Below are positions 28,201 through 36,921 of a DNA stretch of 64,000 bases, one piece after another. Position numbers and translations under genes: made by a program. The stretch covers positions 4,631 through 68,630 of the forward strand of contig RKRR01000149.1 of assembly GCA_007571305.1 (NCBI GenBank), read 5' to 3'. Origin of the DNA: Candidatus Poribacteria bacterium (GTDB taxonomy: Bacteria; Poribacteria; WGA-4E; WGA-3G). The notes below the pieces were generated by a model, which saw only the letters and a list, made by a program, of their open reading frames with translations, was not told where the DNA came from and made no database searches. Position 1 is the first letter of the stretch. Each line of letters opens with the position of its first letter.

Positions 28201-30943
28201 GATAATAATGAAAACCAACACGACAACCTTATCAATCCCAGTCCGGTCCGCCTATAGACCAAATGTATATCTCTCTGCCACACTGGTCCGCGCTATCCCA
28301 ATGGAAGGGCCTATGACTAACAATAAGTCGCCTCTCCCGGCGCGCGCGTTTGGAGTAATTCCATTAAAGATAGATGAAACACGGAGGCGGCTTTCAATAG
28401 AGATGTCGCTTCATCAGACAAACGATGCCGGGGATACGCAGAAGATTCCACTTACCAGTCAGGGAAGGAACATAGAGTCTGCAGAAGTTTCTCAGTCTGA
28501 AGGTAGTGAAGTGACAGTCCTACCGAATAACGAAGTGACGATAGCGTTCCGAGTCCACGGTAGACGTTCTTGGCAAAAATATAATGTTTGTATCGCAGCT
28601 GTTGATGAAGGGATCCTGGCGTTAACCCACTTCAAAACACCCAATCCATACGACTATTTCTATCGACAGCGCGGGCTTAAGACGCGCTCCTATGATCTGT
28701 ACGGGGGGATCCTTCCTGAAATCGCAAATGTCACCGACAGTTCAAGTACAGGGGGTGATGCGCCCACAACACGGCAGGCGGAACGGCGCAAACGATTGAG
28801 TACAGGTAGCATCCGGCGAGTAAAACCGATTTCACTCTGGTCGGGATTCGTGGAAACCGATGGAAACGGTCGCGGTACTGTTCAATTCAAGATTCCACAG
28901 TTCAATGGGACATTGCGGTTAATGGCAGTCGCATTTGCAGGTGGAGATTACGGGGGCACGGAAGCGTATCTGACCGTCCGAGAACCTATTGTCTTAACGC
29001 CGACATTCCCACGATTCCTTGCAGGTGGTGATAAAGTTCGCGTCCCTGTTACTCTTTTTAACGGCACAGAGGAGGAAGGGGTATTTAAGGTCGAATTGCA
29101 AGCATCAGGCGACGTACGACTCCTTTCAGCAAGCGAGGTCAACCCGCTCCAAGCGTCACCTCAGGAGGATTCGGGGAGTCCTTTACAAACCTTAGAAACT
29201 GAGAACAAAGTAGACAAACTCACCGTAGCCAAGAGGGTTAACGTAGGCGCAGAAGCACAAGTCTTTTTTGAGATTCTTGTTCAGGATGCAATAGGGAAAG
29301 CCACCTTCAATCTTTCCGCGCACGGTAATACCCAAACAACACAACAGGAGGTAGAAATCCCAATGCGTTCCGTCGCACCGCCTATCACGAAAACAGGACA
29401 GGGAGTAGTGCGCGCGGGTGAACCTGTTGATTTCATTTTTCCGTCGAATTTAATACCCAATTCGTCAGAGTTTAATCTCACGTTATCGCCGTTCCCGAGT
29501 ATCAGGTTTGCGGATAGCCTCCGTTATCTTATACGTTACCCACACGGCTGTCTGGAACAAACAACGAGCAGGGTTTTCCCTTTGCTCTATTTTAGCGACT
29601 TGGCGAGAAGCGTCGAACCGATGCTGGCAGCAGAAGACTCGGTGGACTATTATATTACGTCAGGTATCACGAAAATTGAAAGTATGTTGCAGTCAGAGGA
29701 TCGTTTTGCTTACTGGCCCGGCGGCTATTACGTGAGCCCATGGAGCAGTATCTATGCGTCTCACTTCCTCGTCGAGGCGCGAAAGGCAGGCTACGAGGTA
29801 GCCGACCGAGTCTACGATGCAATGTTGAGAGGTTTAAAAGCACAGGCGAAATTCTCGCCAAATAAGGGAGACGAAAATGAAGCAAAAGCGATAAGAGATA
29901 AGTTTTCATTAGCAACCTATGCCGCCTATGTTTTAGCCGCTGCGGGACACCCCGATCGAGGAACGATGAACTATCTGAAAAACAGGGGCTTGAGCGGACT
30001 CAACCATTACAGCCATTTCCAACTCGCGGGAGCGTTCGCTCTCAGCGGCGAACTGGAAACCGCTCTATCAATACTACCAGTGTCAATATCGCCCAATTTT
30101 AATAAGGGTAACGGACAACGCGAGACAGGTGGAACATTCGATACTCCCATTCGAGCCCAAGCCATTATGTTAGATGTTCTTGCTGAAGTTAACAAAAACC
30201 ATCCATCAATCCCGATGCTCGTTCAAAATTTAAGTGAGGCAGCATCTGAAGGGAACCGATGGGCAACAACCCAAGAAAATGCCTTTGCATTTCTGGCACT
30301 CGGCAAGATCCTGAAGAAACAGATGGATAGAAACTACACCGGTATCCTGAGGCTCAACGGTGAACATTTCGCTGACTTCGACGCAACGGAGACTCGTTAC
30401 GCCGATAAAGCATGGGATGGGGCGCGGGTCCAGCTCTCTGTCAAAGGTGAAGGAAGTTGCTACTACTATTGGAGCGCGTTTGGCATCCAACGCGATTCCT
30501 TCATAGAAGAATACGAACGCGAACTACAAGTGCGCAGACGCTATTTTAACAAAGAGGGTGAAGAACGTACGGACACCTTCGTACACGGGGAACTCCTCAT
30601 CGCTGAGGTAAACGTCAAAGCCCTCACTGCCAATCTCGAAAACGTTGTCGTCGTCGATATGTTACCTACAGGATTCGAAATTGAGAACCCACGGTTAGAA
30701 TCCCGAGAAGGTATTCCATGGTTGAAAGCACGGGGTTTCAAACCGGATTATATTGATATTCGCGACGACAGGTTCATCTTCTTCGGCACGTTCCCACGCC
30801 AGCGCGAACGTAAATTTTATTATACGCTACGGGCTGTCACACAAGGCGAATTTACCTTACCGCCTATTGTCGCTGAGGCGATGTACGATACAACAAAATC
30901 TGCTGTAACGGGTAGCAGGCGTATTGCAGTGGTGACAGAATGA
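25253..30943 (+). CDS. bacterial alpha-2-macroglobulin family lipoprotein (YfhM-like) with intact thioester
   Basis: About 1896 aa. Lipobox-like LLLGAC. Thioester motif GCLEQ at 29546-29560 (YPHGCLEQTTSRVFPLLYF). I chose ATG 25253 because it follows ggaaggtaaaattaaaa; the listed TTG start at 25178 abuts the family A repeat. Confidence 0.9.
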   Translation: MATKPLKNFSAKFGNQNLLLKSLIGVSGLMFLLLGACIFYIVQIDMHDRTRYSVKNFTPQGEVPQRVDFSITFSEMVIDKSQVGTEVPAEALRFTPAVQGTARWIARDRVDFFLDAPLAPSAQYTVQLTPKLNPSETFQLTGQKEFKFATDPFAVQQAWMEFTPDDAHEHTTGLGTIVFNYPVTIVDLKAHLSIKLDDKTEIPYQIETHTVMARRVRFETERIKRGTADQKIKIKIEKGFKCTGGKIGVEKASIIEVILQGRGTLGVTYSNVRNSGGTPYISVTFSAPVLSDAIEPYIELTPTVAYQVSSNYRNVNIHGNFKRGTNYTLKILQGLTTRNGAVLKQDYMNHLRIPNIPPQLRFLGDGFFLARKGQLNLGLATINVKGVKLNIEKVFANNLIYASKLDRWSRSSRNLGKFIQAEELDISSQLNEEVTTPISLEEYLSDEHVGIFKVVAQNTQRRWDTAYQWVLITDLGISAKWTGDNLYVWVKSLATGSPVPRARVKLISDNNQTLLDGTTNWAGYAEFTDVTQKTEDFTPFMITVSKRDDLAFIQLNRHRIGTADFNIAGSAYLQKGYEAFLYTSRGVYRPGETVQLAGIVRGPKQVTPQPLPARIEVLSPNGRIMRELRLQTNKNGACDVQILIPDYALTGNYIAKMRIADRVVGRVQFQVEEFMPDRMKVAVTADKSTYKLGEELGIEVSATNLFGPPAVGRKVEVFCELEATPLVKKDTALNAGATQWDSFVFGNDRSNFEKQRIGLGEAKTNTEGKAYYQFTVPETLKAPSLLNGSLTATVSEAGGRSVTASHRVVIHPYSHYVGLRRTTTAAVINQPLRFDYIAVNDAMTIASGRDLKLSLYKVRWNTILRQNSAGRYEYISEPQTTEVETVSLTSAETVQTVTLTPSDYGEYRVRLEDIVSTATVELRFYVGGRKNIPVSMKHPTRLELTLNKPAYRPGQTAELYIKAPFPGKLLLTVEREKVLSYRTIIMKTNTTTLSIPVRSAYRPNVYLSATLVRAIPMEGPMTNNKSPLPARAFGVIPLKIDETRRRLSIEMSLHQTNDAGDTQKIPLTSQGRNIESAEVSQSEGSEVTVLPNNEVTIAFRVHGRRSWQKYNVCIAAVDEGILALTHFKTPNPYDYFYRQRGLKTRSYDLYGGILPEIANVTDSSSTGGDAPTTRQAERRKRLSTGSIRRVKPISLWSGFVETDGNGRGTVQFKIPQFNGTLRLMAVAFAGGDYGGTEAYLTVREPIVLTPTFPRFLAGGDKVRVPVTLFNGTEEEGVFKVELQASGDVRLLSASEVNPLQASPQEDSGSPLQTLETENKVDKLTVAKRVNVGAEAQVFFEILVQDAIGKATFNLSAHGNTQTTQQEVEIPMRSVAPPITKTGQGVVRAGEPVDFIFPSNLIPNSSEFNLTLSPFPSIRFADSLRYLIRYPHGCLEQTTSRVFPLLYFSDLARSVEPMLAAEDSVDYYITSGITKIESMLQSEDRFAYWPGGYYVSPWSSIYASHFLVEARKAGYEVADRVYDAMLRGLKAQAKFSPNKGDENEAKAIRDKFSLATYAAYVLAAAGHPDRGTMNYLKNRGLSGLNHYSHFQLAGAFALSGELETALSILPVSISPNFNKGNGQRETGGTFDTPIRAQAIMLDVLAEVNKNHPSIPMLVQNLSEAASEGNRWATTQENAFAFLALGKILKKQMDRNYTGILRLNGEHFADFDATETRYADKAWDGARVQLSVKGEGSCYYYWSAFGIQRDSFIEEYERELQVRRRYFNKEGEERTDTFVHGELLIAEVNVKALTANLENVVVVDMLPTGFEIENPRLESREGIPWLKARGFKPDYIDIRDDRFIFFGTFPRQRERKFYYTLRAVTQGEFTLPPIVAEAMYDTTKSAVTGSRRIAVVTE

Positions 30944-33504
30944 TGAGAAATGGTTATCGGAAGAATGGTCATCGGTTAAGAGCAATGTTGGTTAAATTAG
31001 TCCCTTCTTTAATTAACACCCGACACCTATTCCCCCGAAGACTGATAATTCTCATGTTACCTTTCTTGTTGATTATCATCCTCTTTGCGCTCTCAAACTG
31101 GTGTTTCCCGCTACCCAAAACACGTCTCCATCCACCGGTATCTCAGATTGTATTGGACAGAAACGGCGAATGGCTTCGAACATTTTTAGCTGACGATGGC
31201 ATGTGGCGATTTCGTCCTCAGTCCCAAGAAGTTTTCGATAAACCAGACAGCCCTTCAACTGAAAATAGACAACGAATAGCCGACAATTACTCCCCGTTCT
31301 TACACCAAGCGATACTCACATCAGAGGACAAATGGTTTTACTATCACTACGGTATCAACCCTGTATCGATTGCAACAGCCTTTTATGACAACTGGAAAGC
31401 GGGTGAAGTAGTGCGTGGTGGTTCAACCATCACTATGCAACTCGCTCGACTGATGGAACCCAAAGCGCGTACCATTCCGAATAAACTGATTGAGATGTTC
31501 CGCGCACTTCAACTTGAACATAATTATTCCAAATCAGAGATTTTAACGTTCTACTTTAACATGCTCCCGTATGGAGGGAATATAGTCGGGACAGCAGCAG
31601 CTTCGAGATTCTACTTCAAGAAACCTCAACATGCGCTTAGTCTTAGTGAAGCCGCACTCCTCGCCGCCATTCCGAACGCCCCAGAACGTTTACGACCTGA
31701 CAGGTTCCCAGAAAACGCGCGAAAGGCACGCAAAAAAGTCCTGAACCGTCTCCTCGCCCGCCGACAAATTTCCGAACAGCAGTGGCAGGAGGCAGTACAA
31801 GAACCGATTCCCCAGAAACGCCATCCACTTCCATTCAAAGCCCCACATCTCTCACGTATGTTGGTGAAACACGCAAAATCGACAACAACAAATGGCAGGA
31901 TATATACGACAATAGACGCGAAGGTTCAGGAGACTGGAGTCCGCATCCTTCGTGAATACTTGGACGCAGAGCGTAAACCCAGTTTGCGCGGGTCTCATAG
32001 CACCAGCACGGGTGCGATTGTCGTCCTGGATACCCAAAGTCGCCACGTCTTAGCAATGGTAGGTTCTCACGACTTTTTCGATCGGCGTGCATTAGGACAG
32101 ATAAATGGAACGCTCGCCCCGCGTTCTCCCGGCTCTGCCCTCAAGCCTTTCGTCTATGCCCTGGCGATGGAAAAGGGCTTGATTACACCAGAGACCTTAT
32201 TATTCGATGTCCCTGTCACCTACGCTGGATATGAACCAGTGAACTATGATGGGAAATATAAGGGTTATGTCACCGCTCGCCAAGCCCTCGCAAGTTCTCT
32301 CAACATCCCTGCTGTTAATCTTAATGCCAGCTTAAAAAACACCACACTGCACGCCTTCCTCAAACAGGCTGGTATCTCTACACTCGCACCCGCTCAAAAG
32401 TACGGACTGTCCATGGTTCTCGGTGGATGCGAAGTGAATCTGCTTGAATTAACAACACTTTACGCTGGACTGGCAAATATGGGAGAATTTGGATCTTATC
32501 AATTGACACTCTCTGGACCTATTTTTCGCCAGACTCCTCCGGACCTGGCGGAAGGATCGCGAGCAGGAGCTCGCTCCTACAACAAAAGTAGGGCACAACG
32601 TCTACTCCGAAAAGAGACAAGCTTCATCATAACTGAGATGCTAACAAACTCACAATTGCCGACCAACACCGTTAAAAACCCAGAAGCCTTTGAAAGGACA
32701 ATGAACCTACCGAAAATTGCGTGGAAGACCGGGACTTCTTATGGGCACAGGGATGCATGGTGCATCGGATATTCACCGAAATTAACAATTGGTGTATGGC
32801 TCGGTAATTTCGATGGGAAAGGTGCTCCGATGTTGAGCGGTACAGATGCCGCAACTCCTATCCTATTCGCGCTCTTCACTGCCTTGACAGGACAGGATAC
32901 ACACCGTTGGTTCACCAACCCAGAGCAACTGAAAACACGACACGTATGTGCCCTGAGTGGTGCGCCAGTTTCATTACACTGTCCGGCCTATAAGGAAGAT
33001 ATGTATATCCCGGGTATCTCGTCTGTCGAGGCCTGCACAATACACAAACGCATCTATATTGACGAAGTAACAGGGCACAGTCTCTGCTCCCATTGTCGGA
33101 ATTTTCCAACAAATGATGCACAAGCACGAATATTTGAAGAGTGGCCCGCCGATGCGGCGACTTGGTTGGCAGAGAACGGCTTTGCTGTGTCTGTCCTACC
33201 GGAGCATAACCCTCTGTGCACCGGAACAATTGCAGGGAACGTTCCGGTCATTTTATCTCCAGCAGCAGATACTATCTATTACATTCGGGCAGGGATACCG
33301 CTGGAAAACCAAAAGATTCGATTGGCTGCCTCGGCTTCAAGTCGGACACAGGATCTGTTTTGGTTTTTGGATGGTGAGTTAATTTTTCAAGGGAACGCGG
33401 GAGAGCAATACTGGCTTACACCTTCCAGAGGGAAACACGTGTTAACTTGTGTGGATGCGGAGGGTCGCTCAGCAACCCGTCCGCTGCATATTTTAAACTA
33501 TTGA
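30940..33504 (+). CDS. pbpC: penicillin-binding protein 1C (bifunctional transglycosylase/transpeptidase)
   Basis: GT51 motifs (EDKWFYYHYGINP, RGGSTITMQLAR). Transpeptidase SxxK (SPGSALKP) and KTGTS. The start ATG overlaps the A2M stop (ATGA at 30940-30943). The A2M-PbpC pairing is a classical arrangement. Confidence 0.85.
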   Translation: MMRNGYRKNGHRLRAMLVKLVPSLINTRHLFPRRLIILMLPFLLIIILFALSNWCFPLPKTRLHPPVSQIVLDRNGEWLRTFLADDGMWRFRPQSQEVFDKPDSPSTENRQRIADNYSPFLHQAILTSEDKWFYYHYGINPVSIATAFYDNWKAGEVVRGGSTITMQLARLMEPKARTIPNKLIEMFRALQLEHNYSKSEILTFYFNMLPYGGNIVGTAAASRFYFKKPQHALSLSEAALLAAIPNAPERLRPDRFPENARKARKKVLNRLLARRQISEQQWQEAVQEPIPQKRHPLPFKAPHLSRMLVKHAKSTTTNGRIYTTIDAKVQETGVRILREYLDAERKPSLRGSHSTSTGAIVVLDTQSRHVLAMVGSHDFFDRRALGQINGTLAPRSPGSALKPFVYALAMEKGLITPETLLFDVPVTYAGYEPVNYDGKYKGYVTARQALASSLNIPAVNLNASLKNTTLHAFLKQAGISTLAPAQKYGLSMVLGGCEVNLLELTTLYAGLANMGEFGSYQLTLSGPIFRQTPPDLAEGSRAGARSYNKSRAQRLLRKETSFIITEMLTNSQLPTNTVKNPEAFERTMNLPKIAWKTGTSYGHRDAWCIGYSPKLTIGVWLGNFDGKGAPMLSGTDAATPILFALFTALTGQDTHRWFTNPEQLKTRHVCALSGAPVSLHCPAYKEDMYIPGISSVEACTIHKRIYIDEVTGHSLCSHCRNFPTNDAQARIFEEWPADAATWLAENGFAVSVLPEHNPLCTGTIAGNVPVILSPAADTIYYIRAGIPLENQKIRLAASASSRTQDLFWFLDGELIFQGNAGEQYWLTPSRGKHVLTCVDAEGRSATRPLHILNY

Positions 33505-33518
33505 ATAGTTATCAGTGC

Positions 33519-33545
33519 GGATTGCTACGCAATCCTTTTCAGTTA
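33519..33545 (+). terminator. rho-independent terminator after pbpC
   Basis: Stem ggattgc (33519-25) / gcaatcc (33529-35), loop tac, followed by ttttcagtt. Confidence 0.5.
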
Positions 33546-33645
33546 TCTGTTTTCAGTTAAAGAGTCTTTCGTAACAATCCACCTGAGTCTGGAATATTCC
33601 AAAGCAGCGTCAATTGTTAGGGAATGCCTCTTAACCGACAACCAA

Positions 33646-34452
33646 TTAAAAACGAGAATTGGACTTAAGTCTACCCCATGTTGTTGTGAGTTTACCATCT
33701 GCTTCTACAGCAAGGGTTGCCTCCATACTGGCTTTTACGTCCTCAGCGGTGAAAGCGACACTCCACATCTTAAATTCGTCAATCATACCATTGAAGAAGT
33801 TGGCGTTGCCCTGACTCGCTGCGATGCACATACCTTGAGTACCGAAATCCATGCGGGCATCCCCACCGGCTTCCGTTTCGTTATCAAGCTCCCCGTTAAT
33901 ATACATCCACCCAGTCTTTTTACTCTGGGTCCCGACGAAGTAGTACCATTCCGGTTCAAACGCTTTATAATTCGTGTGTATCGGTAATTCAACGCCCTGC
34001 GTCGCAAAGTAGTACCCGAATAATACTCCACCACGGTTGAACGTAACATGAGGCCGTCCGCCACCTTGCAAACGATAGAGCAGATCAATGCGGCCACCAC
34101 TGTCAATTTTCTCGTCCGGTTTGAACCAAAACTCAATTGTCATCTCTTCCGGTTGATCAATTTTAAGTGGATCGAAGTTAACACTTCCACCATTGAAATG
34201 GAGTGCCTGACCTGCGACACCCTCTACCCATTTCGCGTTCTTTATATCTCCAACAAATCCATTCGGCGACACATCTTCCGCCGTGTTACCTTTACCTTCA
34301 TCAAAAGGTAAGTAGATAAGTAAATCCTTATCTGGATCGACCGCATGAGCGAGGACACAACCCGTCAAAAAGGCTACAGCCATGAAAAGATATGCTAATT
34401 TTTTCATCTTTGATTCGTGTGAAAGCACCACACAGACATGTGCTACCTTCAT
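33646..34452 (-). CDS. secreted LamG/concanavalin-A-like lectin-fold protein with C-terminal KLTTTWG motif
   Basis: LamG-type pattern (...ALHFNGGSVNFD...MTIEFWFKP..., ...WYYFVGTQSKKTGWMYINGEL...). Signal peptide MKKLAYLFMAVAFLTGCVLAHA. The start at 34452 follows GGAGG with a 5-nt spacing; the alternative is 34407. C-terminus ...VEADGKLTTTWGRLKSNSRF. Confidence 0.65.
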   Translation of the reverse strand: MKVAHVCVVLSHESKMKKLAYLFMAVAFLTGCVLAHAVDPDKDLLIYLPFDEGKGNTAEDVSPNGFVGDIKNAKWVEGVAGQALHFNGGSVNFDPLKIDQPEEMTIEFWFKPDEKIDSGGRIDLLYRLQGGGRPHVTFNRGGVLFGYYFATQGVELPIHTNYKAFEPEWYYFVGTQSKKTGWMYINGELDNETEAGGDARMDFGTQGMCIAASQGNANFFNGMIDEFKMWSVAFTAEDVKASMEATLAVEADGKLTTTWGRLKSNSRF

Positions 34453-34528
34453 GCTTCCCTCCAATTTTTTAATAGTCATCAGCAGTTGGAAACCAAGAGA
34501 ATTTCTGGTAACGACTGACTGCTGATTG

Positions 34529-35377
34529 CTATTGCGGGGACTTCAGGTTTCCCCAAGTCGTTGTTAATTTACCGGCAGGTTCAACCGATAAGACCTCTGG
34601 TAGGTAATAGTTAACGATGAATTCACCCATAATCGCCCCCCACGAGACACCCGGATGCGGCACATCACCCACATAGGTCTGTACGAAGATACCAAGGCGC
34701 CCCCCAGTCTCTTCGTTAAATATCACAGCCGGCTCAACCCGTAAATCGTCATCCTTATTTTCAGCCAGCGCGATCTCTACTTCCCACGGCGATTTTTCAT
34801 AATCTTCGGCGTGGAACGGATAAGACGTGTTATATTTCTTCAGACTCGGTATGAGATCTTTGCCCTCCTGTGTTGGAGTCATTTCAACGGGATTGGCTTG
34901 CCAAGCATCCGGACCTCTGCCCTGCCACACGTAAGCTTCTGGAACGTCAATGATATTGGGTAATCCTTCTTGTCCGTTCGTTTCTGAGGGGCCTTCCGAC
35001 GTGTAGAAAGTGTATTCACCCGTACTGAAAACCGTGTTGCCGGCATCAAGGAATTCTTCGAGAATCGAGCCATCAGGCTTTGCATTGGCGATCGGATAAA
35101 TCGTTGAAGGGGTGATACCTGTCAGAATTAACGTATTGCCACCACCTGCTGTGTGTGCCTTGACCCAATCTGCTAATCCCTTAATATCCTTGGGGTCAAA
35201 AGCTGTCAGATTTACCTTATTATCAATAATCTTAATTAAGGCATCAATTTCCTCTTGAGCACCTTTTAGATCTTCACGCGCCCAAGGGTGCGAGTCGGTA
35301 TGAAGCGCAAAATTGAAATTGGCTTCAACCTGAGCAGAAATTAAAACCGTGAAAAAAAGAATAGCCAGTTTTTTCAA
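34529..35377 (-). CDS. secreted protein of unknown function with C-terminal KLTTTWG motif
   Basis: Signal peptide MKKLAILFFTVLISAQVEA. I recognise no domain. C-terminus ...VEPAGKLTTTWGNLKSPQ. Confidence 0.6.
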   Translation of the reverse strand: MKKLAILFFTVLISAQVEANFNFALHTDSHPWAREDLKGAQEEIDALIKIIDNKVNLTAFDPKDIKGLADWVKAHTAGGGNTLILTGITPSTIYPIANAKPDGSILEEFLDAGNTVFSTGEYTFYTSEGPSETNGQEGLPNIIDVPEAYVWQGRGPDAWQANPVEMTPTQEGKDLIPSLKKYNTSYPFHAEDYEKSPWEVEIALAENKDDDLRVEPAVIFNEETGGRLGIFVQTYVGDVPHPGVSWGAIMGEFIVNYYLPEVLSVEPAGKLTTTWGNLKSPQ

Positions 35378-35425
35378 TGTCTTCCTCCCATCTATTGTAG
35401 GCGGGACAGTGGACCTGCCTCACCT

Positions 35426-36100
35426 TTATTTGCTTTTCAATTCACCCCATAGCGTAGCTAATTTGTCTGCAGGTTCAACTGCCGTTGGCGGGATGCCTTC
35501 ACCATTAATTTCAACATATTCATACGCAACAGTTGAATCTCTACCGCCTAAGCCGGGACGCCCCTTATCGTAGGTCTTATCTTCGTTTTCAACCATCAAT
35601 TTTCCATCAATGTAGGTTCTGAAGGTTTCCCCTTCTACTTCAAAGACTATAGTATACGCATCGCCCCCTTTGGTATCTTTTGAATCTGGACGTTTCGGGC
35701 GCGGGCCGCCGGTAATCTCATTTGCCCCACCACCTTGAAACATGAACAGTGAGGTGGTATGTGAGTTGTAACTGATTTCCATGAAATAGAAATCGACTGC
35801 TGGTTCCTGTGTCCGAACAAAAAGATGGAAATAGGGTCCAGCAAGTTTCCGTGCTTTGACTTCCATTCGGTAATCCGTCCAGTTTTCTTCTCCGAAGTAG
35901 ATACCTGAATTCTGCCCGCCGGCAACGGTCAGTTCAAGCATACCATCTTTCACCTTCGCGGTTGCTTGCGGTCCCAGTTCCCAATCCGCAATTTCTTTGT
36001 CACTATCAAACTCATAACGAATCGCCTGTGCGGTGTGCCCAATCAACAGAAAGCCCAAGCAAATGCACACGCACATCCATCGGATATTCAATTTTCTCAT
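35426..36100 (-). CDS. secreted jelly-roll (DUF1080/LamG-like) protein with C-terminal KLATLWG motif
   Basis: Signal peptide ...CLGFLLIGHTAQA. The pattern ...FDSDKEIADWELG...VKDGMLEL...NWTDYRMEVKAR...FHLFVR... is typical of DUF1080-type beta-sandwiches. C-terminus ...VEPADKLATLWGELKSK. Confidence 0.55.
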   Translation of the reverse strand: MRKLNIRWMCVCICLGFLLIGHTAQAIRYEFDSDKEIADWELGPQATAKVKDGMLELTVAGGQNSGIYFGEENWTDYRMEVKARKLAGPYFHLFVRTQEPAVDFYFMEISYNSHTTSLFMFQGGGANEITGGPRPKRPDSKDTKGGDAYTIVFEVEGETFRTYIDGKLMVENEDKTYDKGRPGLGGRDSTVAYEYVEINGEGIPPTAVEPADKLATLWGELKSK

Positions 36101-36270
36101 GAGAGATTCTCCTCAGATATATACCAGAGCATCGAGTCGCTGCCTTCGCGCCAAGTAGATGTAGGATGCTCTCGGTCGGCACCAAGTGAATAGATGTGTT
36201 TCCTAAGTTCAATTATTTTATACGAAAAGGTTGCAGTTGTCAACCTTAAACAGGCTCAAACTCAGAACGG

Positions 36271-36639
36271 TTATCCACGAATCGCTGCGAGCGTCAAACA
36301 ACCCCATCCCACAATAAATGCTAACCCACCGATTGGTGTAATAGCACCGAGCCATCGGATACCCGTAAGACTCAGCACATAAAGACTCCCCGAAAAAATC
36401 AAGATACCTGCGAAAAAACACCATCCCGATAGAGTTGTGAGTTGGTTCTGCCACTGCGATACCGCCCATGCTGCAGCAATCAGTCCGAGACTGTGGTACA
36501 TCTGATATCGAACCGCTACCTCAAATGTCTCAAGCATCTCTGGTGAGAGTTTTGATCGCAATGCATGCGCCCCAAATGCCCCAAAGACAACACCGAGCAG
36601 ACTCAAACCTGAACCGAGCGCAAAGAAAAGATTTTGCAT
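36271..36639 (-). CDS. DUF423 (YgdD/TMEM256-like) small membrane protein
   Basis: MQNLFFALGSGLSLLGVVFGAFGAHAL... carries the GAFGAH signature and four hydrophobic helices. Internal ATG 36639 chosen. Confidence 0.8.
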   Translation of the reverse strand: MQNLFFALGSGLSLLGVVFGAFGAHALRSKLSPEMLETFEVAVRYQMYHSLGLIAAAWAVSQWQNQLTTLSGWCFFAGILIFSGSLYVLSLTGIRWLGAITPIGGLAFIVGWGCLTLAAIRG

Positions 36640-36824
36640 AGATGCCTCCTTTTTAATTTCAGTCAGCAATCAACATGAACTAACCTCTACCAGCAATACT
36701 TTGATAACTGATATGCTGTACTTTTTGGGTTTCCACTGTGATTTACGAACCCCTTCATTATAACTTAAAGCAAACATCTCACGACAGATGTTTTCGTGGC
36801 AGAATGACATTGCTTAAATATTTC

Positions 36825-36853
36825 TTGACATTTTTAACATATTGTGCTAACAT
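36825..36853 (+). promoter_or_regulatory. candidate sigma70 promoter upstream of the EF-G paralogue
   Basis: TTGACA (36825-30), 17-nt spacer ending in an extended -10 TGc, then TAACAT (36848-53). Confidence 0.35.
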
Positions 36854-36921
36854 TTAATCTTAAACGGCGTAGTTCGCTCTATTCCGTGTGGTTAACAGTA
36901 AAAGGAGAAATTTTTGGACGT

